Below, piece after piece: positions 1-10,378 of a stretch of 64,000 bases of DNA. The notes beneath the pieces are model-generated. The model saw only the letters and a list, made by a program, of their open reading frames with translations. It was not told the origin of the DNA and searched no databases. The translations under genes were made by a program, and so were the position numbers. The stretch's first letter is position 1; each line of letters starts with the position of its first letter. The stretch is from an uncultured virus (IMG/VR IMGVR_UViG_3300037322_000284) (Duplodnaviria; Heunggongvirae; Uroviricota; Caudoviricetes): IMG/VR virus record IMGVR_UViG_3300037322_000284; one strand, 5' to 3'.

Positions 1-252
1 GCAATTATTTAAGGCTCCACTCACCCACGCACTACGAGGCACTAACTGATTATTTGCAAAACCACTCATACTCCCAGCCGAAAGATTATACTTAGCTAGC
101 GCAGCACTCTTAGTCATACATTGATTAGAAGTTACATGTGATTGCCCTGCATTTAAAGTGAATCCTAAAGTTGACGCTTGCGTAAAAGTTACCATTTGGT
201 TTGATGCTTGCCCAAAAGTAAATACTGTAAATAAGATTAATAAGTACTTCAT
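1..252 (-). CDS. Partial ORF (runs off window), tail-associated hypothetical protein with signal-peptide-like N-terminus
   Basis: ATG at 252 overlaps the tail fibre stop; reads MKYLLILFTVFTFGQASNQMVTF... open to base 1. Confidence 0.7.
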   Translation of the reverse strand, partial: MKYLLILFTVFTFGQASNQMVTFTQASTLGFTLNAGQSHVTSNQCMTKSAALAKYNLSAGSMSGFANNQLVPRSAWVSGALNNC

Positions 253-3200
253 TATTTAGCTTTTAATAGTTCGATTTCTTTCTCTAAATTCCTTATTTTC
301 TCAACTAAAATTTCTATGTAGTTAACGCTTAAATACCCCTTATCGTCTTTATTAACTTGGTCGGGGTTTGTTGCTCTTACTCTTTGCGCTACGTAACCTA
401 TGTGTGTTTTATCGTCTCGTTTGTCTTTCCAAGTGTAATAAATTACATCTCCATCACGTTTAATGATGTTTTTTAAACGCCTGTCTGATGATTGGAAAAA
501 TGATGTTGCCGTTACTGTTCCAGTAAACAAACCATTGTTATTTGTGTCAATTGTAAAAATATCGCTAAATGTGTCTGAAGGGTTTATAGTAGCGTTGTTG
601 CTTCTAGTTAAAACAAACGGAGAACCCGAAGAAACCGCTAATTTCCCGACAAATCCCCCTTTTTTAATTAAAGCAATATCCCCATTATTCCCCACTCTAA
701 TCATAGTATTGTCTTGACTTGTAGTCAAGTTTCCACTAAACTTTCCATTACCTACAACGTCAAGTCTTTCTGTTGGGTTGGGTTGGTTTATACCTACGAA
801 GCCGTTTTCGTTGAATCTTGCAACTTCTCCTGATGCTCTTGTAAAAATTAAACTGCCTTGACCACCATTAGCCCAGCTGTAATTTAACGTTGTGCCCGAA
901 GCATTATCAACCCCATTAGTTATTATTGAAAATATTGATTTATTGGTTCTTAAACTAAATTCTTTACTTACACCGCTTGCAAAATTACCCAAAAACAAAT
1001 CCCCATTAATGTTTTGGTTTCCTGTTAATTTTACAACATCGGTTAGGTTATTACCCGAACCTATAAAGTTAGTTGCTGTTACTGAACCACTAAATAAGCC
1101 TTGACCATTTAGTTGAATTACTTTATCATTTGTGGAAGGATTAATAATAACCCTCCCATTACTTTGCAATTCTTGTCCAATTCCAAGTAATAAGTTTGAA
1201 TTAAAAAAAACACTATTTGCAAAAAAATCAAAATTAGCAAGCCCTCCAGAAGTATTAATAGCGGTAATTGATCTTCCATTTGTTCCACCAATGGACAACC
1301 TTCCAGAATCACCAAACACTACAAGTCTACTTGCTTGATTGAAACCACTCTTTAACTCAAGATTACCATTTATGCTTTGATTTCCTGTAAATGAATTCCC
1401 GCCTTGTAAATTAGCTTTAGAACTTAAAACTGTTTCTAACCCTATTACCGTTGCAATTGCTTGTACCCCTGTATGCGTAGCTCTATCTCTTAACTGTGCA
1501 TCGGTGCTATTCGCTGTTGCTCCTGTAGTTATGCCATTTAGCTTAACTTTATCGCTGGCAATTAATAAACCAGCCTCTGTAGTTGTCGCTTGTGGGATTG
1601 TTGCTCCCGTGCCTGTCGATGAATTAACATTTAAAGTGTTTGCTGTAATTGTGCCTACAGATAAATTAGTGGCTCCCGCCCCTGTTGATACAACAACGTT
1701 TCCGTTACCTAATAAAGATTCTCCGTTAACGGTTTTTATTGTTGTTCCTGAAACTAAAGTGTTTTGTTTAGAGTTAAATGTATTCCAATCAGTGGCAGTA
1801 AGTGCTCCAGCATTAATATTACTAGCATTTTGAATACTTATTACTGGCGAAATCCCACCGCTTGATATTATTGGAGAAGTAGCTGTTACTTGAGTTACTG
1901 TTCCTGATCCAAGTGTACTTAATCTACTGTTGAGGTATTCTTTTGTTATTGCAGCTTTTCCTGTTTCTGCGTCAATTAAAGCGTTTGTAACAGAAGGTAA
2001 TGATACAGAACCTAATTGAGTCTTTTTAAACGCTACGTTTCCAATACCATCTGCAATAGTTATTGTATTTTCATCTGTTGCTCCTATTCCTATTACTTTT
2101 CCTAAAATTACATTCCCAGAACCAGTGGTTAATCCTGTAATTCCCCCTTCATTAGGAGCTAAGATCATATTGTTGTTTCCCGTTGTAATTCCTCCTGTAC
2201 TAGGTTGGCTTGTTATTATTACGTTTCTATTACCTGTTACAGCGGGTCCTGATGCGTTTCCTATTGCAATATTAAGGACTCCTTCAATGTTTGTTTGCAA
2301 TGCACTTATTCCAATAGCGGTATTACTATTTCCTGTTGTGTTAAAATAAAGAGCCCCGCTTCCTAAAGCTAAATTTCTTACTCCTGATGTATTTGATAAT
2401 AAAGCAGAAGATCCTATTGCTAAATTTAAATTCCCAACTGTGTTTGTCCATAAGCTAAAAGACCCTATTGCTGTGTTCTCGAAACCAATAGTGTTTTTAG
2501 TTAAAGCGTTAGAGCCAAATGCAAAGTTAAATGTTCCTGTAGTATTGTCTCTAAGAACTTCAGTGCCGTATGCAATGTTGCTTCTTATGTTACTATTACC
2601 TCTTCCAATTCTAATTCCATTAATTAGTTTATCAACTCCTCCAAGTTCTTGAAGAACAGTGTTGTTTACTAATCCTGTGTCAGAGATTGAAGCATCAGGA
2701 ATTACAACATTGCTGTTTAACGCTTGTCCATTAATTGTAATTGTTTTGTCAACTTTACCGTTTAAAACTGTTTCTAACCCTACTATTTGCGCAATAGTGT
2801 GTGAATGACCTATCAACGAATATCGTCCATCTATGCTTACGCTAAGTATCTGGCCCTCACTTGTAATAGCGATTAAAACACCATTATTATTTGCGTTGAA
2901 AGTTAATGAGTTAATTACGTCATCTGGATATTCTATATTATTATCCAAAAAAGTTGCTGTAAGTATTGTACCATCCTGTCTAGTTAACGTAATAGTCTTG
3001 TTTGAGTCACCTGTAACACTTACTGAGTTTATTTTTTCAGCAAATGAAGCAACTATTCTTGAGTCGTTTAGATTAGCTTTTTCTGATATATCTTGATTGA
3101 AAACTCCTGCTAAACGTGTAATTTCAGAGTCTAATATTAAAGACTTATTCAAAACCTTATCAACTTTAAGATTTGGGTTAATTCCTACTAAAGTTAAATA

Positions 3201-4163
3201 ACCTATACCTCCGAACTCCCCATTGCTAAGGTATTTTAAATGGACGTTGCTATTAAAAGGTACTACTAAATCGCCCTCAGCAAAATAAAATCTTATATTA
3301 TTTGTTCCAGTAATGGATCGTAAGGTAAGAGGCCCGCCAGTACTATTTCTTACGTAATAATCTTTTCCATATTGAATTTTATCCGAAGGTATCGTAAAGC
3401 CTGTTAATGAAGTAGCGTTGTGTATAAGAAGAGTCGTTGCTAAACTATTTACTGAAGTAAAATCTAAAGGGCCTCCATTACCAAATACATTAAAAGATGA
3501 TGTGTCTAATGTATTTGTACTAGCTACAACATTGCCAAAAATATTGACAGAACCAAGTGCTAAGTACCCTTCATCAATAGAAGGAGTTGTTGATGATATA
3601 GCATCTTCATTACCTTGTTTTATACGTATAATATTATCATTAGTTACTTGTAATAAGTCGGAACGATAGAATCCGTTTGTTGCTGGTACTATGGTGTTAA
3701 TAAATTCTACGTTGTTAAAAATAGCTTGATTTATTCTCCACTGAAACTCATTCGCATTTATTGTAATGTTTAACCCGTTTAAAAGAATATTTCCATATTC
3801 TAAAATTATATCAGGAAATTGAATTGAATTTTCTAAATCCTGAGCTGTTATATACCCCGCATCATTTAATAGCTGGGATACGTTTGATCCACTTTGAAGT
3901 GCTGTGTTTATAGTGTTTAATAAAGAGGGTTTTATATTTATTGTCTTGTCTTTTAGCCCTGTAATTATTAAATTACTGTCCGTGTTAGATATGTTATCTA
4001 TCCCACTAATTGCTGTTTTTAACGAGTAAGGTATACCTTGTAAATCAGTAACGTATAATTCAAAATTATTTTCTCCTGCCACTTTTAAAGCAATAATCGA
4101 ATTTGGCTTTAAGTTTTCAAGAGAGTCTTCTTTATATGCAAATACTTGTTTTTTATTTACCAT
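252..4163 (-). CDS. Tail fibre/spike protein with C-terminal intramolecular chaperone (peptidase S74-like)
   Basis: 1303 aa, G/T/N-rich; tandem NxAxGxxAL..NTxG beta-repeats; C-terminal SSDRRLKN...GYVAQ...VNY motif and coiled coil. Confidence 0.85.
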   Translation of the reverse strand: MVNKKQVFAYKEDSLENLKPNSIIALKVAGENNFELYVTDLQGIPYSLKTAISGIDNISNTDSNLIITGLKDKTINIKPSLLNTINTALQSGSNVSQLLNDAGYITAQDLENSIQFPDIILEYGNILLNGLNITINANEFQWRINQAIFNNVEFINTIVPATNGFYRSDLLQVTNDNIIRIKQGNEDAISSTTPSIDEGYLALGSVNIFGNVVASTNTLDTSSFNVFGNGGPLDFTSVNSLATTLLIHNATSLTGFTIPSDKIQYGKDYYVRNSTGGPLTLRSITGTNNIRFYFAEGDLVVPFNSNVHLKYLSNGEFGGIGYLTLVGINPNLKVDKVLNKSLILDSEITRLAGVFNQDISEKANLNDSRIVASFAEKINSVSVTGDSNKTITLTRQDGTILTATFLDNNIEYPDDVINSLTFNANNNGVLIAITSEGQILSVSIDGRYSLIGHSHTIAQIVGLETVLNGKVDKTITINGQALNSNVVIPDASISDTGLVNNTVLQELGGVDKLINGIRIGRGNSNIRSNIAYGTEVLRDNTTGTFNFAFGSNALTKNTIGFENTAIGSFSLWTNTVGNLNLAIGSSALLSNTSGVRNLALGSGALYFNTTGNSNTAIGISALQTNIEGVLNIAIGNASGPAVTGNRNVIITSQPSTGGITTGNNNMILAPNEGGITGLTTGSGNVILGKVIGIGATDENTITIADGIGNVAFKKTQLGSVSLPSVTNALIDAETGKAAITKEYLNSRLSTLGSGTVTQVTATSPIISSGGISPVISIQNASNINAGALTATDWNTFNSKQNTLVSGTTIKTVNGESLLGNGNVVVSTGAGATNLSVGTITANTLNVNSSTGTGATIPQATTTEAGLLIASDKVKLNGITTGATANSTDAQLRDRATHTGVQAIATVIGLETVLSSKANLQGGNSFTGNQSINGNLELKSGFNQASRLVVFGDSGRLSIGGTNGRSITAINTSGGLANFDFFANSVFFNSNLLLGIGQELQSNGRVIINPSTNDKVIQLNGQGLFSGSVTATNFIGSGNNLTDVVKLTGNQNINGDLFLGNFASGVSKEFSLRTNKSIFSIITNGVDNASGTTLNYSWANGGQGSLIFTRASGEVARFNENGFVGINQPNPTERLDVVGNGKFSGNLTTSQDNTMIRVGNNGDIALIKKGGFVGKLAVSSGSPFVLTRSNNATINPSDTFSDIFTIDTNNNGLFTGTVTATSFFQSSDRRLKNIIKRDGDVIYYTWKDKRDDKTHIGYVAQRVRATNPDQVNKDDKGYLSVNYIEILVEKIRNLEKEIELLKAK

Positions 4164-4495
4164 TTTATTTCATCTTCCCACTCAAAAGGTTGTGAGTAGT
4201 AATTATTAATGTCTCTATACTTTGTTTGCGCCACTTTTAGATCGACTACTACTATGTTTTCATCTCCTAAAGCACCTCTCAATTTTTTATCTATAAACTT
4301 CTGTAACTCACACTCTTTACTTTCTAATATTCTACCTAGTAAATAAGAGTGTAAAAATTCTTCTCTATTATAGTTAGATTGTATTTTAAATCTTTTTTCG
4401 GCGAAATTTAAATCGGCTTGAAAATTTAACTTTTTAGCGTGAGTTTTTATTAGTTTATCTCGATTGTAATTTTCTATTTGTTGTTGTCCAGCCAT
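4157..4495 (-). CDS. Hypothetical protein
   Basis: 112 aa ORF tightly coupled in the late operon. Confidence 0.6.
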   Translation of the reverse strand: MAGQQQIENYNRDKLIKTHAKKLNFQADLNFAEKRFKIQSNYNREEFLHSYLLGRILESKECELQKFIDKKLRGALGDENIVVVDLKVAQTKYRDINNYYSQPFEWEDEIKW

Positions 4496-4499
4496 GATT

Positions 4500-5039
4500 T
4501 TAAAAACAATTTACACATTCAACATACTTATTTAGCATTTTTTTAGCTTCCTCAAAAAATCTTTGTGCTTTTACAAAATCTCCCAACATAGCGTGTGATT
4601 TAGCTACTTCTAATATCCCTTTAATTTCCACCATGTAATACAAGAAGTCTTTTGAGTCAAAATCTAATCCATACTTAATCATAACTTTGCTGTACTCAAT
4701 ATCAAACCTATCCGTCTTTAAATAAAACTTAGTTCTATTTAAATCTTCATAACTTGACAATAATTGTATGGTATATATTCCATCGGGTAAATCAATATAC
4801 TCCTCGTCTTTACAATTTGCTGTTAAACAACTTAATCCTAAATTATTAGAATTAAATATGTTTATTTGTTTTTTACTAAAAGAAAATGCTTTTGTTTTAG
4901 AAGACCCTGGTGTTGTTACTTTTATGTATGCAGGTTGGTTTTCAGAGTACACCCAGTCGGAAAAATCTGCAATTTTTAAGTGTTTTGGACTATCTGAGAA
5001 TACTGTAAAATTTATATTTATATTTCCTATTATTTCCAT
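4500..5039 (-). CDS. Hypothetical virion-associated protein
   Basis: 179 aa ORF in the structural operon, contains LPDGIYTI beta-rich segment. Confidence 0.6.
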   Translation of the reverse strand: MEIIGNININFTVFSDSPKHLKIADFSDWVYSENQPAYIKVTTPGSSKTKAFSFSKKQINIFNSNNLGLSCLTANCKDEEYIDLPDGIYTIQLLSSYEDLNRTKFYLKTDRFDIEYSKVMIKYGLDFDSKDFLYYMVEIKGILEVAKSHAMLGDFVKAQRFFEEAKKMLNKYVECVNCF

Positions 5040-5043
5040 TTTC

Positions 5044-5340
5044 TTAATTATCTAGTTGTTTCCACATTATACCATTCCAGCCAAAGAAGTTATTTCCAGA
5101 GAACCTTATTGTTCCTACACCTGTTGGTGGTACTGGTATAGTTGCTCCATTTAATATTCCTGAAATAGTTGGAGCTTTTACTTCTTCTAGTTTTTGAAAC
5201 ATCTTTTTAAGCCTATTAGGTAAATCAAATTCTATCAGACCTTCTCTAAGCTCCTCTAGAGTACTATCATCATATATACGATTTAACCCCTTAAAAGGGT
5301 CTACTCCGTTTGTGTTTGTATAGTTTAAAAAATTACTCAT
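5044..5340 (-). CDS. Hypothetical protein
   Basis: 98 aa ORF ending GTIRFSGNNFFGWNGIMW, a motif common in tail-associated proteins. Confidence 0.55.
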   Translation of the reverse strand: MSNFLNYTNTNGVDPFKGLNRIYDDSTLEELREGLIEFDLPNRLKKMFQKLEEVKAPTISGILNGATIPVPPTGVGTIRFSGNNFFGWNGIMWKQLDN

Positions 5341-5982
5341 TTAAAATTCTATTAATACTTTACCCCCTACTTGTCTTTCCGTAGTGGCTCCGCCAATTAT
5401 GTTAATTTTGCCAACCCTTACTCCAACATTTACCTCAAAGCTTGAATTTACATTTGGGCTTAGTGAATGGTTGTAACCTCCGCCCGCTAAAAAATTAAAA
5501 TTATCTCTTTTTACAATAGTGTTAGTTATTGTTTTTTCTTGTACGATAACCTCTCTTTCTTTTACTTTATAATCCGCACGTATATCTTTTAACTCACCTT
5601 GTACTTTTGTCCAAACTTTTAAATCGATATTTTTATCTGAGAAATCTGTTACGTTTTCTTTTTGCTGTATCGATTGGATGTATAATATTTGTTTTAAGCT
5701 ATCATTAGCTTTTAAATATTTGTCGGAAAGTTTTCTATCTACAGGGTGTGTTGTGTATATTATTTTATCTTTGTAGACAATTGAATCTGTACCTTTGCTC
5801 GGCAGTTCTGTTATATTATCAGGTTTTAGTGTCCCTATTATTTCTGGTATTTTTACTGAAACATCTTTTATGTCAACTTTTGTAGCCTCTTTAGTGATGG
5901 TGTTACCTTTTATTAAAAACAAAATTATCACAACTAAGATAGCTATGATAATGTAGTTTAGGTATTTTTTTATAAATTCCAT
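5341..5982 (-). CDS. Membrane-anchored lysis accessory (spanin-like) protein
   Basis: N-terminal TM helix (YIIIAILVVIILFLI), C-terminal beta-strands, directly downstream of the endolysin. Confidence 0.5.
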   Translation of the reverse strand: MEFIKKYLNYIIIAILVVIILFLIKGNTITKEATKVDIKDVSVKIPEIIGTLKPDNITELPSKGTDSIVYKDKIIYTTHPVDRKLSDKYLKANDSLKQILYIQSIQQKENVTDFSDKNIDLKVWTKVQGELKDIRADYKVKEREVIVQEKTITNTIVKRDNFNFLAGGGYNHSLSPNVNSSFEVNVGVRVGKINIIGGATTERQVGGKVLIEF

Positions 5983-5985
5983 TTT

Positions 5986-6729
5986 TTAATATTTTAATTT
6001 TTGTCCTATAAGGATTATATCCGAATTTAGACTGTTTTCTTTTTTTAACTTTGTGACAGTTGTTTTTAATTTGGTGGCGATTTTTATTAGATTATCTCCC
6101 CCTACAACTGAATAAAATTTAAATGTTGGTAAACTAGTTGGTGTTTTTACAGTTGGTAACAATCCTTTTCTGTCTGGGGATGTATAGTTTCCATACTCTT
6201 TCATTGCGTCAAAGCAAGGACATTCTTTAATTCTTTCAAAAGGTGCTATAATACCGTTGCCATCTTTATCTTTAGAAAAATCCCTATGCCCCACCATAGA
6301 TAGGTTTTTATTTATATCTTTTCCACTTTTAGTACACCAAGATAAAAACTGATCTATTACAACTTCAAACGAGGCTTTTTGAGCCACTGTTCTAGTATCC
6401 TTACCCTTATATATATTTTGTCCTTTTTTATCCTTACCTATAACTTCTATTCCACCTATATAGCATATTGATACGCTATTTGAGTTGTTACCAGCTACAC
6501 CGTTTGTGATAAATTCAAAACACTTACCATCATTATAATTTTCTATGTATCCGTTTTTTGCTGTATTATCATTTAAATACCAAATTTTACCACTGGTTTC
6601 AACTATTACGCTGTAACCTTTACTACGCCATTTTAACCCTTCTCTCCAAAAATTTTCTATTCCTAAAACTCCTGAAAATCCTGCGGAAGTGTGAAATATT
6701 AAATTATCTACTTGTATCGCTTTTGGCAT
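5986..6729 (-). CDS. Endolysin: N-acetylmuramoyl-L-alanine amidase (T7-lysozyme-like) with C-terminal LysM
   Basis: IFHTSA, SICYIGG, GHRDFS, KECPCF zinc-amidase motifs; YSVVGGDNLIKIA...ILIGQKL LysM. Confidence 0.9.
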   Translation of the reverse strand: MPKAIQVDNLIFHTSAGFSGVLGIENFWREGLKWRSKGYSVIVETSGKIWYLNDNTAKNGYIENYNDGKCFEFITNGVAGNNSNSVSICYIGGIEVIGKDKKGQNIYKGKDTRTVAQKASFEVVIDQFLSWCTKSGKDINKNLSMVGHRDFSKDKDGNGIIAPFERIKECPCFDAMKEYGNYTSPDRKGLLPTVKTPTSLPTFKFYSVVGGDNLIKIATKLKTTVTKLKKENSLNSDIILIGQKLKY

Positions 6730-6943
6730 GACTATGTTCTTTTATTTCTTTAATTATTTTCTTTGTTTCATTTATTGTGTCCTCCACTTGTACTGTTCTG
6801 ATATAAAGTGCAGTTTTTGTAAAGTCCTCTTTTGTTGCTTCATTAAGTTTTATAATGTCAACTTTTGGATAACTATCTTGTTTAGGCGAAACTGTAAATA
6901 AAATTACAATCATTCCAAATATTGATATCAATGTTCCTTTCAT
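6704..6943 (-). CDS. Small membrane protein of lysis cassette
   Basis: 79 aa with N-terminal hydrophobic helix, overlaps endolysin start. Confidence 0.5.
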   Translation of the reverse strand: MKGTLISIFGMIVILFTVSPKQDSYPKVDIIKLNEATKEDFTKTALYIRTVQVEDTINETKKIIKEIKEHSHAKSDTSR

Positions 6944-7278
6944 TTTTCTACTTTAATATTTTTTACTTCTCTATAGTTTTCTCTGGACTCTTCTTCGAGT
7001 TTTTCAACTCTTTCTCTAAAGTACTTCTGTGCTTCTTCGGTAATTCTAAATTTTTCTCTCTCTTGTTCCGCAATCTTATTATGTAGAATATCGATATTAG
7101 TGTTATATCTATTGTCATTGTTAATAATAATTCCATCTAATTTATCAACTTTATTACTAAGTTTATAATTTATAAAAGCTTGAGTTCCGATAACTATTAC
7201 AACCAACGCTATTATTAATTGTTTAGTTGTTAGTAAAATAAAAAATTTTAAATACTCCATTACTGAATTTGGGGTCAT
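6940..7278 (-). CDS. Putative holin / membrane coiled-coil protein
   Basis: TM helix followed by coiled coil, upstream of endolysin. Confidence 0.45.
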   Translation of the reverse strand: MTPNSVMEYLKFFILLTTKQLIIALVVIVIGTQAFINYKLSNKVDKLDGIIINNDNRYNTNIDILHNKIAEQEREKFRITEEAQKYFRERVEKLEEESRENYREVKNIKVEK

Positions 7279-7446
7279 TTATTTTTTAGGTTTTTAAGTG
7301 TTATTTATTCTTTGGATATTAATAACAACACTCATTAATTGTGAGAAAAGGACAACTAAAAATATAATTGCCCCTTTTTCACAAACCAAAGAAAAAAGAA
7401 AATCTTTAATTAACAAGAGGTTTTTATACCCCTTGTTTTTGTGTTA

Positions 7447-9678
7447 TTATATTGCTACATTAGGTGCTGGTATACCTACCTTTGCAGCTAATTTACCAAG
7501 TACTGTCTCTATTGCTTGGTGCTTACCTTGTTCTACAATTATCATAAAATCGTGAGTGATGTTTGATCTACCCCCAGCCATTTGAGATAAAGTTGTATCT
7601 TGATACTGAACGTGGTATTGTACCATTCTTTTATTGTATCCTAAGATTCTCTCTTGAGAAAGGTTAGTTCTTGCAAAAAGATTAGCATGAAACACTTTTT
7701 TATTAGTGTAGTGTTGGTTCCCCATACGCTCAGCTCCAAACAAATCTTGGCTAAGGTTATCCACATCTTGTGCAGTCTCTACTCTAACTACTTTTGCAAA
7801 TTCTTGATCTACATCATAAGTAGTTCCTGTGTAATTTAGGATATCATCTTCTCTCCATCCGAATGATGCTGAACGAACTTTTAAAGATGTTTCCATAAAT
7901 GGAATGAAATCTTCTTCGTGAGCTTCTGGATATAAGAAAAACGGTTTACCTTTTACAAAAATACCCATTTTAGCTGTATCAGATGGTGCAGTTTCTGCCT
8001 CTTCCCAATATCCATCTCCAAAAGGTAAGGGTGCTTCTCCGTAGAAAGGTTGTAAATAAATAGGCGAACATTCACTACATACTAAGTTTGTACTAACTGA
8101 TGTAGAATAAACTCTTTTACAACCACCTGTTTGTGTAGCTGTTGGTGATACTAAAACTCCTACTGCTTCTGTTAATCCACCCGCAACTGCTACAATAGAA
8201 GGAAATACTCCTGTTGGTGCTGTAATTGTTATAACAGCTCCTGTTGAAGTTACTGTGGCTTCTGCGTTTGCTAGAATATTTGGTGCATGTGCTAAAACAA
8301 ATGCTGCTGCTGTTGCTGTTAAACTAGTGATAAATGCAGTTGTGTAAGTTACTCCGTCAATTACTAAAGATGCGTCACCTGATGCTCCTGTTAGTGTCAC
8401 TGCTCTTGTAGATACACCAGTTAAACCTCCTTCAACTATTGTTAACTCAGGATAAGCTGCTTGTAATTCTGCTAATCTTGTTTGTCCACACTCATTATCT
8501 TTTAAGATAATTTTAAACTCTTTAGTGATAGCTGTACAAATTTCTCCATCTACCCAAACAAAGCTCTCAGTTCCTGTAAAGTTACATACATCTTTGATCT
8601 CTCCTACAATAGAAAGTTCTGCTGTTACATTTGCATTTAAAAAAGTTGTTCTTTGAGCGTTTGTCAACTGAGTGTTTAAAACTACAGAGTAAGTTCCTTT
8701 ACCATCTTTGTTTCCAAATTTAACTGCACTTGAAGCAACAGCTGTTGGTAACGCTTGTACTGTAGCTACAGAGTTTGTACCGTCATCTTCTAAAGAAACA
8801 TGATAAACATATCCCCCTTCGAGTAAGTTATATCCTGCTTGACAATCTGCACAGTCTTTTCCAATAACATCTACTGACACTTTTGAATAATTAGCTAAGA
8901 CATCTGAGACTTTACGCAAAATTGTATAAGTTGTTACTCCGTTTTGTCTGTCAGTTTTTACTACTTTGAATAGCGGGTATTGTGCTTGAATATCTCCTAA
9001 GTCATTTGAATCGCCATTATCTTTTATAGAGATAGTAGAAAAAATTGAATTTACTCCAACCGCTTGAGTTGCTTCACTATCAATAACTCCAATTTCTAGG
9101 AATTTTGAAAGTTTATCCTCTGTTGATGCCCAACCAGATGCTGTAGGAATTAAATCATCATTAAGTTCTTTTACTACTCTTCGGATAACTTTTTGCATAG
9201 TTTCTCCAACTCTTCTTGAAACCCTCTTTTGAATTAGGTAAGATTCTCGTCCAAAGAACATAGAAGCAACTTGACCATAGACCATAATGTCCATTGCTGC
9301 TGATTTACCCTCTGGGATAAATAGAGCTGTGTCTGCGTTGATTCCATCATACCCTACTTCAAGGTTATCTACTTTTAGAGTTACGTGGGAAGGTGCGTAA
9401 GCTTTAATGTCTACAATGCTTCCAATAGGAAAATACCCTGTTGATTTAGAAGACACTTCTTTAATTCTTAGGTTAGATGGTGTTGTTACCTCACCCACTT
9501 TGAAAGAGATTAAATCTTTTGCTGTCATTCCTGCGAAATCAGAAATTACTTCAGCTCCTAGTCCTTTTATAGCTTTATTTTTGACAACTGCTAGTTGCCC
9601 TTTTGCTAAGTTCCCTGTATACCCACTAGTTAAAAGTGATGTTACTACTACAGGTTTTGTAATTGCTCCGTGTGGCAT
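7447..9678 (-). CDS. Virion structural protein (crAss-like auxiliary capsid protein position)
   Basis: 743 aa with an Ala/Thr-rich Ig-like insert; third gene downstream of MCP, as in the crAss-like capsid module. Confidence 0.6.
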   Translation of the reverse strand: MPHGAITKPVVVTSLLTSGYTGNLAKGQLAVVKNKAIKGLGAEVISDFAGMTAKDLISFKVGEVTTPSNLRIKEVSSKSTGYFPIGSIVDIKAYAPSHVTLKVDNLEVGYDGINADTALFIPEGKSAAMDIMVYGQVASMFFGRESYLIQKRVSRRVGETMQKVIRRVVKELNDDLIPTASGWASTEDKLSKFLEIGVIDSEATQAVGVNSIFSTISIKDNGDSNDLGDIQAQYPLFKVVKTDRQNGVTTYTILRKVSDVLANYSKVSVDVIGKDCADCQAGYNLLEGGYVYHVSLEDDGTNSVATVQALPTAVASSAVKFGNKDGKGTYSVVLNTQLTNAQRTTFLNANVTAELSIVGEIKDVCNFTGTESFVWVDGEICTAITKEFKIILKDNECGQTRLAELQAAYPELTIVEGGLTGVSTRAVTLTGASGDASLVIDGVTYTTAFITSLTATAAAFVLAHAPNILANAEATVTSTGAVITITAPTGVFPSIVAVAGGLTEAVGVLVSPTATQTGGCKRVYSTSVSTNLVCSECSPIYLQPFYGEAPLPFGDGYWEEAETAPSDTAKMGIFVKGKPFFLYPEAHEEDFIPFMETSLKVRSASFGWREDDILNYTGTTYDVDQEFAKVVRVETAQDVDNLSQDLFGAERMGNQHYTNKKVFHANLFARTNLSQERILGYNKRMVQYHVQYQDTTLSQMAGGRSNITHDFMIIVEQGKHQAIETVLGKLAAKVGIPAPNVAI

Positions 9679-9705
9679 AATTATTCTTGTTTAAATTTTT
9701 GTTGT

Positions 9706-10368
9706 TTATTTTTGTGATCTTAATGTTTGTAATTGGAATCTTGGATTATTTTCGTTTATGTCTGAATTAAATACCATCAACGATATTATATCATCTAGAG
9801 ATTTATCATCCCATTCTATTGGAAAATCTTTATTAAATTCTGATTCTGGGTTTTCTTCGTCGAGAAGGGTAAGTTGATTTGGGTAGCGATAGTAGTTTAA
9901 TAAGATTTCGCTAACTGAAAAGGTTTTGTCGGTGTAGATTGACAACCTATTGGAGTTTATTGTGTATGGTGCCTCTCTCCATTCGAAAGAAGGTTTGTTA
10001 AACTCGTCTTGTAATATTTCGCTTAGATTCTCTGTTCTTACTTCAAATAAGTAAATTAGATCTCTGCAATTTTCTTTTTTAGCTTTTGCTCTAACGTCTG
10101 CTAAATCAAAATAATTTGGAGGTAATTTAAAATTGTATTTATCCTCCTCTTTGGATGCATAAGGTATATTCTCATCTAAAACTAAAAAGTTCTGAACATA
10201 CCTTACATCATCTACTCCTCTTTGTTGCAAGTGCAACGTTAGAAATTTATTTTGACTCTCATTAAACAGTAAACTAATTCTATAATTATCTGTAGTTATA
10301 TTATCGTTTGTGCCATTTTTTTCAGCTTTAATAATATATCTCTCTTTTACTTGTTCGAATGTTGCCAT
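9706..10368 (-). CDS. Putative tail ring/adaptor protein
   Basis: 220 aa, 'LFNESQ..F', 'FKLPPNYF', 'LNYYRYP' patterns and synteny with crAss-like ring proteins. Confidence 0.55.
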   Translation of the reverse strand: MATFEQVKERYIIKAEKNGTNDNITTDNYRISLLFNESQNKFLTLHLQQRGVDDVRYVQNFLVLDENIPYASKEEDKYNFKLPPNYFDLADVRAKAKKENCRDLIYLFEVRTENLSEILQDEFNKPSFEWREAPYTINSNRLSIYTDKTFSVSEILLNYYRYPNQLTLLDEENPESEFNKDFPIEWDDKSLDDIISLMVFNSDINENNPRFQLQTLRSQK

Positions 10369-10378
10369 TAATTATTTT

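Noticed and set aside
2120..2600. DGR or nucleotide-level tandem repeat in the tail fibre
   Set aside because: Repeats are protein-level beta-repeats; no template/variable repeat pair or reverse transcriptase seen
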